A DNA stretch of 64,000 nucleotides, taken from positions 43,232,001 through 43,296,000 of the forward strand of contig CP068257.2 in the NCBI GenBank assembly GCA_009914755.4, in the 5' to 3' direction. The stretch is from the human T2T-CHM13v2.0 reference genome, Homo sapiens. A program made the translations under genes and the position numbers. Of this stretch, positions 45,437 through 59,450 are shown piece by piece; positions within the stretch are counted from its first letter, which is position 1, and each line of letters opens with the position of its first letter. Under the pieces are notes generated by a model. It was not told the origin of the DNA. It made no database searches and was given only the letters and a program-made list of their open reading frames with translations.

Positions 45437-47039
45437 CTAAGGGGGAAAATAGCAAGAAGACAGACTCTAAAAATGGCACATGTTGTACTAACAAATTGCA
45501 TAGAGGAAATAGCTATTATCTCTCTAGTGCAAAAGGTAAATGGTAATCTTCATCTCTAAAGAGATCTTAGAAATTAATAACAAAAAGGTAAATACTCCAT
45601 TCAAGGATGTTTCAAGGGTGTGGCACCCTGAGCAGGTAATTCACAAAAGAAGGAAGAAAACTGGCTAAGAAACATATGAGTCACCCCAGGAAAGAACCAG
45701 GGATTTCAGCCAAAATATCTTGATTCCCTGTGTAGCCGTCAACGTGTAAGATGCTTTGGCGGTTTCGGTGCCTGCGCTATGGAGTCCCACACAGCAACGA
45801 AAACATGCAAACAGCTGCTCAGGGCAGCTTGGCTTCGTGGTAAAAGTGAATTTATGGGGAAAAAAAGAGAGACACAGTTCCAAAATATTCTGCATTTCTC
45901 TGGGTGGTGGCACTATGAGTATTTTCAATTTTCATTATTCCTGTTTGTATTTTCCACCCTTTTTGTGATAAATGAATAAAGGACATTTTAAAAATGGAAT
46001 TTCATGGTGGCCGACGAATTATGCTGAAATTGCTCCTTCGGATTCCAAAGCTACTGGCTTTCTTGTTCCCACTGTGACGTTGATGAGGACGCTGCTTCAT
46101 GGCAGTGGGACCTCCCTGCTGGCATGGGCTTGTTGCCACTGTCACTCACCCATTCACCCATCCATGGGACAGGGGCTTGCCAGCCTCTCCTCTAGGCACG
46201 GCGCAGGGGCTGAGAGCTGCACTCCAGGACTCCTGGACTCTGCCCTCTGCTGAGACTCTCAGCACCTCTTTTCCCCAACACCTACCCCAAGTTTCCATCA
46301 CACACAGAAACCTCCACCACTCCCAACACCAACATGTGTCCCCAGCGAGGCTGTTTACAAATCAGCTGGGCAGGAAGGTGTTCCCCTGGGGCTAACTCTT
46401 CTGCACTCTCAGACCCTGAATGGCCGGAGAGAACACGCAGCCCGGGGTGGGCAGGGGCCTCAGCTCAGGACAGCACCAGGGCCCTCTGTGCTTGCTCAGG
46501 GCCTGGGCTCCACACACATGGGCTCGGAATCGACAAATGCAACCACCTAATCAATGCCCCGTGTCAGTGCCAGTTTGTGCCAAGCAGAATGGGAGGGATA
46601 ATTGCTGGCACCAGGTCCGGCTTGGGGTGGGTATCACCCACAGCTCCATAATTGCTAGGCGCCCACTGCAGAGCCCCTTGAGTTGGGGCTTCCCAGCGAC
46701 CTGGCCTGTACCTGCTGGGCAAATGCCTGTGTCACTGACCCCTGTGGCAGCTGGCATTCTCCTCCGGGAACGGGAGCCAGCCTCCGGTGACATGGCCTCA
46801 GGCAGGACCACGGTTCTCTGACACAGGACATGAGTGCAGCAAGGGGGGCCCACACAGGACCTGTTCCATGGAATCGCCACAGGCGTCACGCTGCCCCATC
46901 CACAGAGGCAAATGTCCCACAGCCCTGGTACCTGGTGGGGCCCGGCCTGGGCCAGAGTGGACAGACCTGGGCCTGGCAGGAGCCCTGGGGAAGTGAGTTC
47001 AAGTTACACGGTTGACTATAGAGACAGCTGGAGTGCACA

Positions 47040-47105
47040 CAATTGGCCAGACCACCCCTCCTGTTTCACAGATGGGGAAACTGAGTCACGGGGGACCAAA
47101 TAGCC
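47040..47105 (+). mobile_element. MIR SINE core fragment
   Basis: cctcctgtttcacagatggggaaactgagtcacgggggaccaaatagcctgctcacc. Confidence 0.45.
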
Positions 47106-47482
47106 TGCTCACCCCATGCCCCTTCCAGACAGGGTGCAGATAGGGCCCCTCCCATCTCCTGGATGGCCGCGGCCCCTGTGCAGAACTTCCTTCATGGGCA
47201 CCTCGCTGTCTGGGGGCCTCTTCCCCAGGGAGTCTCCTGGTGGTGGCCGTGTTGCCTCAGGCTCACTGTGCACTAGGCAGGTCACGTCGATGCCGCCTGA
47301 GGGGCAGGGGTTACCACCCTGTGGTTCAGGTGAGAAGCTCCAGGCTCAGGAGTGTCCAGCTGCCTGGGCAGTGTTTGGATCTCATGCCAGCCCCTGCCAG
47401 GAGGCCCTGCTTCTCCAGCCCAGCCCACGCCCACCAGGAAATGCCCCTATTTACTCCCTTGAGGCAAAGGCCCTTGGGTGGC

Positions 47483-47810
47483 TGAGCATCCCCTCTCCCA
47501 GCACTCGGAGCTGAGCGTCCCCTCTCCCAGCACTCGGAGCTGAGCGTCCCCTCTCCCAGCACTCGGAGCTGAGCGTCCCCTCTCCCAGCACTCGGAGCTG
47601 AGCGTCCCCTCTCCCAGCACTCGGAGCTGAGCATTCCCCTCTCCCAGCACTCGGAGCTGAGCGTCCCCTCTCCCAGCACTCGGAGCTGAGCGTCCCCTCT
47701 CCCAGCACTCGGAGCTGAGCGTCCCCTCTCCCAGCACTCGGAGCTGAGCGTCCCCTCTCCCAGCACTCGGAGCTGAGCATTCCCCTCTCCCAGCACTCAG
47801 AGGTGCCTTC
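47483..47810. repeat. 30-bp minisatellite (gctgagcgtcccctctcccagcactcggag) x about 11, ITGB2 intron 1
   Basis: Direct reading. Spurious repetitive ORFs on the minus strand (ECWERGRSAPSAGRGDAQLRVLGEGTLSS). Confidence 0.9.
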
Positions 47811-48899
47811 GGTTGCTCAGCTGTTCATTGAGTGCTGGGAGTGGAAACTCATACGCTGAGCGGCAGTGACGCTGCGGAGCTGACACCAAACCCCACAGCC
47901 CGCCCGGTCACCTGCTTCACCGAGGGCCGCAGCCCCCCCGGGGTCAGGTGGCCACAGGGGTCCTGGCCATGTGGGACATCCGTTCTGTGGCCCTGCTCAG
48001 GATGGCACCCGGCGGGGACTGGCCCTGGGGCCGAGGCATGGGCTCAGCCGCCGCCCTGCAGGGACGTAGCCAGGGACCTCTTCCCAGCAGAGGGACTCCC
48101 CCACTCATCCCCAGAATACTGAGGGGCACGCTGGGTGCCAGGCTGGCAGGGACCCTGGGGATTCTGCTGTGAGCTGGATGGGGAAGGAGTTCCTTCCTGA
48201 AATGTGGAGTCTGGAGGCCACTCTTGGTAAAGTGCTGGCCCCCGGGGATTCTGCAGTGAGCTGGGCATGGATTCTGCAGTGAGCTGGGCTTCACTCATGG
48301 TGAAGCGCTGGGGTGACGGCAGACAGCCCAGAGCTTCTAGCAGCTCATTTCTGTGAAGCCTCCAGAATCCGGCCTCAGCCCCCAAACCCGCAGGCGTTGC
48401 GCCACCGTCACGGGGAAGGCGAGTGACAGCGAGTGTCCCCTATGCCCCCACAGCTCGCTCCCAGGCTGAGCTCTCCGGCCATCCCCCCCCTTCCCCATTG
48501 CAGCCATGCCACCCCTCCTTCTCCCCACCCAGGAACTGACAGAGGAGAGGGGCCCCGGATGGACAGGGACAGCAGGGCAGAATCCCAGCTCCCAGATCCA
48601 GGGGAGGGGGGATTGGGTGTGGGGACGGTGGTGCAAGGGGTGGTGCCAGGGGTGGAGGATGCATGGGGAGGGCTGGCCCCAAGAGTGCAGTGTTGGGGGA
48701 AGGGGGCCAGGTGGGCCTGGGACCCAGGGGCGTGGCTTCAATCCCCCTCCCACCAGGACCTTGGGAATGGCCTCCAGGAGCCTGTTGTGGGGAGGCCAGG
48801 GTCACCAGCTGAACCAACTCGACCAGAATCGCACAGCGGTGCCCGCTCCCCTACAGCAAGACGTCACCCAGGGGTCCCCACGGAGGAGGCAGGGAAGCT

Positions 48900-49160
48900 C
48901 GAGGGTCCCAGAGGAGCATGGAGCATGTGCCACACCACACCACACTACACTACACATGTGCACCATACATGTACATACAACAGACTCCCCACATCACATG
49001 CGCACACTCGCACACCATACATGTACACACACACACCACACTACGCTATGCCACACACGTGCACCATACATGCACACCATGCCACACTACACACACGACA
49101 CTACACACCACGAACCACACCACACCATATCACACACCACACACTGCGAGTCGATCTGGA
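48900..49160. repeat. CA-rich alternating purine-pyrimidine tract about 450-700 bp downstream of the ITGB2 exon 1 donor (intron 1)
   Basis: ccacaccacaccacactacactacacatgtgcaccatacatgtacatacaacag...cacaccacacactgcgag. Confidence 0.85.
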
Positions 49161-49605
49161 GATGGAATCGCTGTAGCCAGGCGGGGCAGCATGCAGACAG
49201 GAGGGCCTAACACAGGCAGGCGCAGCAGGTTCACAGAGGAGGCCCCGGGAACCTGCCTCCTGCCCAGCCCGGAGCACCAGGACCCCCCAGCCGTCCCCCT
49301 AGGGGCTTGTGGGCCCAGCCTCTTCCTGGCCTTGCCGGCCTCACAGCCCCTTGTCCTCCCATGCCGGCCCCATCCTCAGCCACAAGCGCTCCCAGCACAC
49401 CATGTGGCTCTGCTCTTGGTGGCAGGCACTTCCCCTTGCCGGGTCTCAAAGGGGACCCTGGAGCAGACGGTCTGGAGACCCCTTCCTGCCAGACACCCCT
49501 GGGCCGGGGCCATAAGCAGGGCCACCAGGGTCACTCCAGGCTGGGGCAGGAGAGTGCTTCCCTCCAAAAATCACCGTGGACATAGCGGGGCCTCTGCACA
49601 CTCAC

Positions 49606-49680
49606 CCTCGGTGTGCTGGAGTCCTCGGCGGTGCTCCTGGCTGGGCGTGGGGGCTTTGCTACCAGTCTGCCCTGGGTCAC
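49606..49680 (-). other. ITGB2: ITGB2 non-coding exon 1 (5'UTR); 3' end fixed by GT donor at 49605-49604, TSS approximate (+/-30 nt)
   Basis: Minus strand reads ..GTGACCCAGGGCAGACTGGTAGCAAAGCCCCCACGCCCAGCCAGGAGCACCGCCGAGGACTCCAGCACACCGAGG|gtgagtgtgcag. This matches the ITGB2 mRNA 5'UTR as I recall it, and it joins the exon 2 acceptor (cacag|GACATG) to give ...CACCGAGGGACATGCTG. Confidence 0.7.
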
Positions 49681-49800
49681 GTCTAGAAACCTCAGCTGGA
49701 GGCGCGGGTCGTAAAGTCCTGACACTTCCTGTTCCTCTCAGCTCCTCCTTGGAGGAAGTGGTGGGTTGCACCACCGTGGCCCTTCACCCCTGCCCCTCTC
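49681..49800 (-). promoter_or_regulatory. ITGB2: ITGB2 (CD18) proximal myeloid promoter with ETS/PU.1-type GGAA motifs
   Basis: Minus strand just upstream of exon 1 carries acAGGAAGTgtcagg and, on the opposite strand, ggAGGAAGTgg (cacttcctcc). CD18 promoter activity is known to depend on PU.1/GABP ETS sites about 55-75 bp upstream of the TSS. No TATA box. Confidence 0.55.
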
Positions 49801-50419
49801 CGCTCTACAGCAGCTCTGATGTCAGAGAGCGGCCCCTTGAGACAGGTGGGACATGTCATTTCTCACATGAGGTCCCGGCGAGAAGGACCTGCTTCCATCA
49901 GATTCACACTTGGGAGAGGGGCCCGGCCTCCAGGAGCGCCAGGCAGAAAGGGCACCCATTAGGAAGAAGAACACAGAGGCCATGGGAGTGAAAAGTTTGA
50001 TGCTGGAAAGCAACAGTAGCACATTCTGCTACAGAGCGGAATGAAAAACCCTGGGGAGCAAATTCCCGAGCCAGAGAATGGAGCGGAGGAACCAGCCAAG
50101 GAGGATAAAGAGGTGGGAACAGGCAAGAAAACCTGGGTGCGTGCACGCATTGACATCCACCTGCATGTGAGGGCGGGAGGGGACAGAACAGGGACAGCGA
50201 GGAGGAGACACTCAGGTCACAGGAGGAAGGCTGCGGATCTGGGCGGGGACGTGGATTGCGAGGCCACTGAACACCCCAGGGATGGATGGATGAGGTCCTG
50301 TTAACTAGGGACATTAGGAGGATACCACAGAACACGAAAGGGAAAATACTACAGGCTCAGAGAGAGAGAGAAGGGAGAGGAGGAGGAGGAGGAAGAGGAG
50401 GGAAAGAGATTATACCTAG

Positions 50420-50878
<459 letters not shown>

Positions 50879-51169
50879 TGATACAAAGTTGGGCAAAGAA
50901 ATAAGTAAAAATTATGATGTCATAACCTGTTGATTTAAAAAATAGTGGTAAGAATATTAACGCTGTGAAACAAAACGCCTAGAGGACTGGGTTGGGAGGG
51001 GCCAGGGAGCACATTGCCGTTCCATCCTATCTGGGGAGGAATATAGATGCTTGTCAGTGGGCATTTTGATAGAAAATATCTAAGTATATATGCTAACAAT
51101 TCAAGAGTCTCCTTAAGAATAAAAATAGCATGTATATACCTGAAAAAAAATATGACAAATCTTTATTTT

Positions 51170-51460
51170 GGGCATGGTGGCTCAAACTTGTAATCCCAGC
51201 ACTTTGGGAGGCCGAGGTGGGAGGATCACTTGAGCCCAGGAGTTCGAGACCAGCCTAGGCAACATTTGGAGACCCAGACCCTCATCTCTACAAAAAAATT
51301 TTCTAAGAATTCGCCAGGCATGGTAGCACGCGATATGGTCCAGGCTACTTGGGAGGCTGAGGTGGGAGAATTGCTTGAGCCCAAGAGGTTGAGGCTACGG
51401 TGAACCATGCTTACACCACTGCACTCCAGTCTGGGTAACTGAGAGAAAAAAAAAAAAAAG
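51170..51460 (+). mobile_element. Alu SINE, sense
   Basis: gggcatggtggctcaaacttgtaatcccagcactttgggaggccgaggtggg...ctgggtaactgagagaaaaaaaaaaaaaag. Confidence 0.9.
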
Positions 51461-52748
51461 GCAAATCCTTTAAAAGAAAAAAGTAAGGGAAAATATAACA
51501 AACAAGAAAGGTAAATAAAAACCAAACAATAAAACATTGGGAATAATTTCAAACCCATCAGGAATCACAGCACCTGTGAATGGGTTACATTTTCTTGTTT
51601 TAAATCAACAAGGTCTTGCGTTGGGTTTTAGAAATAAAGAGACAAAACAAGTTCCAATGAAATGTTCTCTGTCAAGGGTATCTTCTCATTACAGACTTAG
51701 CCTAGAAAATAATGAAGAAGGACAGAAAGAGAATACCATTCTACTACACCCGCTGATGACTTAAAGTAAGCAATGACCCTCGCTGCGAACGTCACGGACG
51801 CAGCAGACGTTATGCACACACCTTTAATGAATTAGTCTTGATGAAATAACAATAGAAATCAAGAAAAATAGAAAGAACAAATGTTACTATTGAGCCTGAA
51901 TCAGGTCGAACTTTTTAGATCTACAAAGAAGCATCAGGAGGGTGTGTTAGATGACATCGTAGGGATGCAATTAGCAAAATCCAGGCTGAAGAAACCCTCA
52001 CAAGGCAAACAGCACAGTACAAGAGGAGAGACGAAGGGAGAGAGACCCTTTAGATTAAGAGATTTAATCTCTTAATAGAACCAATTGCAATGCATGGACC
52101 ATATTTTAAAATCATTGTTAATTGTTTTAAGTGTGACAATGGTTTGTGGTTATGTTAAAAAGTCCCCATCTTTTAGAGTTACATGTTGAAATATTTGCAG
52201 ATGGTGCAGTATAATGTTTCAGATTTATTTCCCAATAAAGAGGGGTGGGTTGGGTTGGGGGAGAGTCGGGAGAGGTGTTGATACAACAAGATCACCTGTG
52301 AGTTGATTATTTTTGAAGCCACTGTTGGGGACATGGGGCTTCACTAATCTATTCTCTCTACTTCTGTAGATGTGTGAAATTTTTTGTAGTAAGATTAAAA
52401 AAACATTTCAAGGAAGTGTAAAGTTATTATTTCGCGGGTATAAAGTTCCCGTTTTGCAAGATGAAATGGTTTTGGAGAAGTTGGTGGTGATGGTTGCACA
52501 GTACTAAGTGTCCTTAATGCCACGGAAATGCATAACTTCAAATGGTTAAAATGGTGAATTTATGTTATGTATATTTTATCACAATTAAAAAGTAAAAAGT
52601 GTAAGAAAGGCTCTCTATCAGATAAACTGTTAAAAGAGAACACTGAAGGCTGAAAATAAAGAAACGGAAAATACACGTATGTGCTAGAAAATACTAACGA
52701 AGATATCGTGTAACATCAAAAAGATAGAAATCAAAGCAAAATGCATCA

Positions 52749-53245
<497 letters not shown>

Positions 53246-54084
53246 AATCAAATAGAAATGCAAATTTGGCAGGTAGAGAATTTGAGGAACGTGACCATTC
53301 GTCTCCAACTTAAACACAATTATGTTACAAAGTGGGACAATGATAAACACATAATTACTAGACCACAAGGGAAATAACCACATATTCTAAAGCACAAAGA
53401 CCATAAGGAGGCCAAATTCACGGACACAATTGAATGAAATTAGATGCTGTCCAAAGGATGGCATGAAAGAAAAAAAACAGCACTCCTGAAAAGTGGACCC
53501 AAATATAGCCTAGATCGCATACATCCATGGTGCCACACTCACGCTACGGGGTAACGAATAAGAGCCCTTGAAGTGCTGCTCTGAAGCCTCGTGACCCACA
53601 GATCCGTAACACTGAGATTCTTCTGAAAAGCAAAATGTAGAAGGAGGCATTGAAGAATAACATGCACCTCGTCCCTGCAGACCCACACACCCCTAGGGCA
53701 GGACAGTGGTTACCCCTGAAGACAGAGAAGGCTACGGGCCTGGGAGATGGAAGCAGAGGGCTTCAAAGTTCTATTGTAGAGTTTTCTTTACTAAAAAGGA
53801 AGAAAAAGTTCTGGGCAAGTCAGGCAACATGTTAAGATTTGGTAAGATGAGAGGTAGCTGTTTGGGGATTGGTACTAGTGCTCTCCATGCTGTTCTGTAT
53901 TCTTAAAATAGTTTATATCTTTTTTTTTTTTTTTAAAGGAGCTAGGAGGAAGTGACTGCAAATGAGCAGAAGGATCTTTCAGGGGGTGGAAATGCTCTGA
54001 AATTAGATTGTGGTGATGATTGCACAATTCCGTAAATTTTCTTTTTGTTGCTGTTGTTTCTTTCTTTCTTTTTTTAATAGAGAC

Positions 54085-54170
54085 TAGGTCTCGCTACGTT
54101 GCCAAGGCTATGGTGAGCCAAGATCACACCACTGCACTCCAGCCTGGGTGACAGAGTAAGATCCTGTCAG
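54085..54170 (+). mobile_element. Alu 3'-end fragment
   Basis: ggtgagccaagatcacaccactgcactccagcctgggtgacagagtaagatcctgtc. Confidence 0.7.
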
Positions 54171-54177
54171 AAAGAAA

Positions 54178-54262
54178 GAAAGGAAGAAGGAAGGGAGGGA
54201 GGGAAGGAAGGAAGGAAGGAAGGAAGGAAGGAAGGAAGGAAGGAAGGAAGGAAGGAAGGAAA
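54178..54262. repeat. (GGAA)n microsatellite, about 20 units
   Basis: aggaagaaggaagggagggagggaaggaaggaaggaaggaaggaaggaaggaaggaaggaaggaaggaagg. Confidence 0.95.
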
Positions 54263-54576
54263 AAGAAAAGAAAAAATAAAAACTGAACTCACATGAGAAC
54301 CACAGCCCACAAGAGGCAGGTCTGGACTTGTGGTCTAACCCTAACCAGACTGACTGCTAGCAAAACAAAAAGATCATTGTTGTCCAGAGGATTTTAGTAG
54401 AATCCAGAGTCTTATTAAATAATATTCAAAATGTCCATGATACAACCCAAAAGTACTCAAACAGCAACAAAGAAAACCTTGAGAACTTGTAAGAGAAAAG
54501 ATAACTAATAGATGCCAACTCCGAGATAATCCCAATGCTGAAATGATCACACGGAGCATTAAAACAGCTGTTAGAG

Positions 54577-54961
<385 letters not shown>

Positions 54962-57589
54962 CTAGGGACCGTGGGGCTTCCCAGAGCCGTGACCTTGCAA
55001 TGGGGGACCCAGACCTCCATTCCGGGGACTCACTCAGCACTCATCTTACTATCCCCCATCTGATGTGCCTGTTGCACAAGGCTGGAAGTCAGAGGCTGTG
55101 CACGTTTTTCTTTGTGGAGACAAGTGAGTAATTGGTGCGTTTAGTGTAAAAATATCAGGTGTGGCTGCACGGAGTGAAAAATCACAGGCTCCACGGAGCC
55201 GGGAGGCCTGCTGCCCTGCCCTCTTGCTTTGATGAGGAAATGGCGACCGCAGAAGGAAATGTAGCAGCACCGGCAACCGGCATCCGTGGGGCCACGCCGG
55301 GCTGCTTCCCAGGGCCCTCCAGCCAAGCAGCCACAGGAAAGAGTAGATGTTGATCCCAAGCTAGGACTGAGGAGTCCGTCCCTAAGAGCCGAGGGAGTCA
55401 GGCGGGCGAAACTGGCCGCATGTCTGGGTACAACTGCTCAGGGTTTCTCATCTGCTGAATCACCAAGCTAGGTTCTGAAGCCAGGCGTGAGTGAGCAGGA
55501 CTGGAGCAGGATTCTGGGAACAATCTTTTCCCTCCAGTCAGCCCAGAAATTCCATTTGCAGTCACTTTCACTTATGTATTCCAGAAAACTACCTGCTGTC
55601 ATCAGGGGTTGGTTGGTTGAGCCTTTCCCTGTGCTTGCCTGGCAGACCTGCGTGCTCTGAGGCTGCCCGACCCTGAGCTCCAGAACAGACCATCGAGTTC
55701 AGGAGACAAGCATGTCAGCCATGACACAAGGCAGATGAGAGGGACCCCCAGCGTCCACACGTGGAGGCAGCGGGGGCAGCCGGTGAGCATAGATGGGGAA
55801 GGAGATTCAGAGCCTGAGGGCTGCTCTCCTGCCCTCCCATCCTGGACACTGGCCTGGGCCCCCCAGCTTCCCTTCGCCCAGCTTCCACCCCCATAACACA
55901 CAACCCCAGAGCTTGGGAAGGAGGTCTCTCTGTGACAGGTGGGATTCTGGAAGTTTCCACGGAGGAGACCCCATAGGACCAGGGTTTGAAGGTCAAGAAA
56001 GATGCTAAGGATGGAGAGGGCCAGTGGGGAGGGGGTGGTTCCAGGCTCACTTCACAGAGGTGCTTGGGGAGCTGCAATATTTTGGCAGCACCAAGGGAAG
56101 AGTCAGGTCAGTGAGGTTCATAAGGGATGAGAAAGGAGTCTAACCAGCCCTGGAGACCCCTGGGGTCTGGCCCCACAGGGAGATGTCCAAGTGGCAGAAA
56201 GTCCCTTTCTGCCTGGAGAGCACCTCCACGAGGACCCTGGGGCCACCCGGGAACCGCTGCTCCCTCCCAGTCACTCACCACACTTCCCTCTCCCGCCCAC
56301 CCTCCAACCTGCCTGCAAATTCCCCTGCAACCCAACTCTGGTCTCCTCCCAACCCTGCCCCCACGTAGGCCTTTTTTTTTCTTTTTCACTTCTTCCCCCC
56401 AGTGACTTCCTTCTGCAGTGTTGATTCAGCTCCCTTTGAAGGCGGGTGAGACCTTTTGCAGGCTGGGGGCAGGGGCGGGGGCGGAGAAGAGGGCTGCAGG
56501 CAGGGCTGGCAGAGGGGAGGAGGTGACACACACTCCCTGGAGGCGAGTGGGGAGGGCTCGGGGCAGGAAATGGAGTTGGGTGCCCCAGGTGGGGTGCTCC
56601 AACGAGCTCTTTCTCATGGGATCCCCCACAGATCCATACAAACAGGCTGACCATCAGGGCTGGTCCCAGGCCACCAGGCTGGGTGCAATGCAGAAATGGA
56701 GATCTGCCCCGGGGAAGGCAGGTGAGTGTAGGAAGGAGGGAGGGCTGCGAGAAGCTGGGGGCAGCCTCCATCCCCCTGTGGCCTGGGTGGGCCTGTGCCC
56801 CCCCAACCCCCCGACGCAGCTTCCCACACTGGGAGCACAGTTCCTCCCTCCTCTGCCTTCCTCTGCGTGGTGTGGCTCCTCCTTGAGGGAGAGAGCTGAG
56901 GAGGTGGCATTCTTGCTTCCCTGACTCACCCAAAGGAAGATTTCACAGCCCCTGGCAAGGGCTGCCAGACAGGCTCACCTGTCACCCCCTGTCCAGGGAC
57001 AGACTGACCGGTAGCCTTGGCTGGGTGGGGAGTTATGCTGGGAAGTCTTCCAGGCCCCCTGGGGGTGGGAAGATGCTCAATGTTCAAAGGAGATGGAACG
57101 AGGAAAACAGTTAAGCAACGATGGACTCCAGGGGGAAAACCGGAGAAGAAGAAACTGTAATTCCAGTCCGTCCACATGGCCCAGCAGTGAACGACAATTG
57201 CATGGTCAGAGAGAGCAAAAGCACCACGCCGACTGAAAGCAGCTCGAATGTGGTGGGGCAGTGGGAGATAATGCCCTCATCTACCAAAACAAGATCTGCC
57301 ACCTTCGCAGACCACTAAACCTCATTCCTCCACCCACCTCCCCACCCCCATGAAGGCCAACTGACCAGAGAGCAGGGCTCCCGAGGGTCGGGTCGGGTCG
57401 GGTCGGGTTGGGTCGGGTGGGTGCCTCTTACCCTAACTGAGGCTCTGCCCTGGACTCGGAGTCCACTTGCTGTCAAAGCATGCCACTCTTCTTTCTGATA
57501 CTTGACATATTTCTTTTCCCGTTCAATTCATGGTTTCTGCCCAAACGGAGCCACGTGAGGACGTCTTTGGGGATGTGTCTCCAAGAAAA

Positions 57590-57795
57590 GTGTGGGCTGC
57601 CTTCCTCACCCTGGATGCCTGTGGGCAGCCTTCCTCACCCTGGATGCCTGTGGGCTGCCTTCCTCACCCTGGATGCCTGTGGGCAGCCTTCCTCACCCTG
57701 GATGCCTGTGGGCTGCCTTCCTCACCCTGGATGCCTGTGGGCAGCCTTCCTCACCCTGGATGCCTGTGGGCAGCCTTCCTCACCCTGGATGCCTG
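57590..57795. repeat. 30-bp tandem repeat (ctgccttcctcaccctggatgcctgtgggcag) x7
   Basis: Direct reading. Spurious ORFs MGCLPHPGCLWAAFLTLDACG... repeat. Confidence 0.9.
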
Positions 57796-59194
57796 TGACT
57801 TGGTTTCCATGGGGGCTTCCTAAGCTCAGGGACCCCAAGCCTCCATCAAATCTAATGACCCGCCTTGTCTCTGAACACACCTGTGTTGTCCCCGAGCCCC
57901 TCACCAACCCCCTCTGCAACCCGGCCCACGCATTTCCCATCCTGAAGGGTCCAGCTCATAGGCCGGCCCATGTGTTCCCTTTACCCCTGCTTTGTCCCTA
58001 CCTGGTGGGGAGCTGTCCCTTCTGGGCCCTAGTGTGGCACTTCACACACAAATGTGTCCTGTGGGTGGTATCTGGGCCTCCCCCTGCAGTGAGGGGATGA
58101 CCAATGTGCAGAGCTCACTGGGCCTGGATATGGGCTCGGGTGGCACAGAACAGAGAGAAAGTGCTCCGTAAAAGTGAGCTGCGATGCGGAGGTGGGCAAG
58201 CTCTTCCCTGGAGGGGGAAGAGCTCTCAACCCAGAGGGATCTGACCAGGAAGGTTCACCCCCCCTCCACCCAGGAAGCCCCTGCAGACAGTATGTGTTTT
58301 AGGCTTTGCTGGCCAAATGGTCTCTGCCGCGACTACTCAGCTCTGCCATTGTGGCTGCAGAGTGACCATAGACCTTCTGAAAGTGAATGAGTATGACTGT
58401 GTTCCAATAAAACTTTATTGACAAAAACAGGTGGAGGGCCAGCCTAAGGGCCCAAGTTTGTAGGTCTCTATTCTAGACCAGTGATTCTCTGGAGAGGAAT
58501 GGGGCATGGGGAGTGGGGACAGTGTGTGGGAGAAGAGGTGGGACACAGGCACGTGGGAATGGTGCGGACATGGAGGACATTGGAGGTGGGGAAGAGCTAG
58601 AGAACCTAAACACTGACGCTGGACCCTGGTCAACACTAGGTCTCTCCACAGCCTCCTCTTTTAGCCTCTCCCTCCAGTTTCAAAATGACTCCTCCTCTGA
58701 GGGGACTCAGGCTCCCCACCCTGCTCCCCAGTTCCCACCAGAAACCCCAAGTGGGTGTTCCAGCCTCTGCCCCACAAGGCCCCCATGGAAGGCAGCACCG
58801 CCAGGCAGGGACCTTTCCTCGCTGCCCCTCCCTCTTCCAGTTCTGAGTCCTGTCCCGGAGATGACCTCTCAACCCAGAGGGACCTGACCAGAAAGGTCTG
58901 GCCCCCTCCACCCAGGAAGCCCCTGAAGGCTGGAGGGCAGCCCTCCCCCCTCCCTCCCCCTGTTAGTTTTTCTTTCTGATAGAAACAGCAGCAACCGCTA
59001 GGCACCTGCTAGGCAGGGGGCTGCACAGCCTCAGGTCAGTTCCTGAAAGGCACCTTTTTCCATTTGTAAATGAGGTGACAGGTCTGCCTCCCAGGGATGA
59101 GCAGATGAAGGGTTGGGAGTGCAGAGCCTGGGAACACGGAGTGGCAGTGGGGACTGGGGCCCAGAGGCTGCTGAGTGAGGGAAGGCTAGGGGCA

Positions 59195-59450
59195 GTGAAG
59201 CTGGTGAATGAGGCAGGGGCAGAAGACAGGGTGGGGGAACATGCCCAGCGAGGCTGGTGAATGTGGCACTGCAGGGGCAGGGTGGGGGACATGCCCAGCG
59301 GGGCTGGTGAATATGCCACCGCAGGGGCGGGGAGGGCAGAATATGCCCAGTGAGGCTGGTGAATGCGCCAGGGGCAGAGGGCGGGGAGGGGGAAGATGCC
59401 CAGCGAGGCTGGTGAATGTGGCACTGCAGGGGTGGGGTGGGCGGATGCAA
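59195..59450. repeat. About 58-60-bp tandem repeat x4 (..gcccagcgaggctggtgaatgtggcactgcaggggcagggtggggga..)
   Basis: Direct reading of four similar units. Confidence 0.8.
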
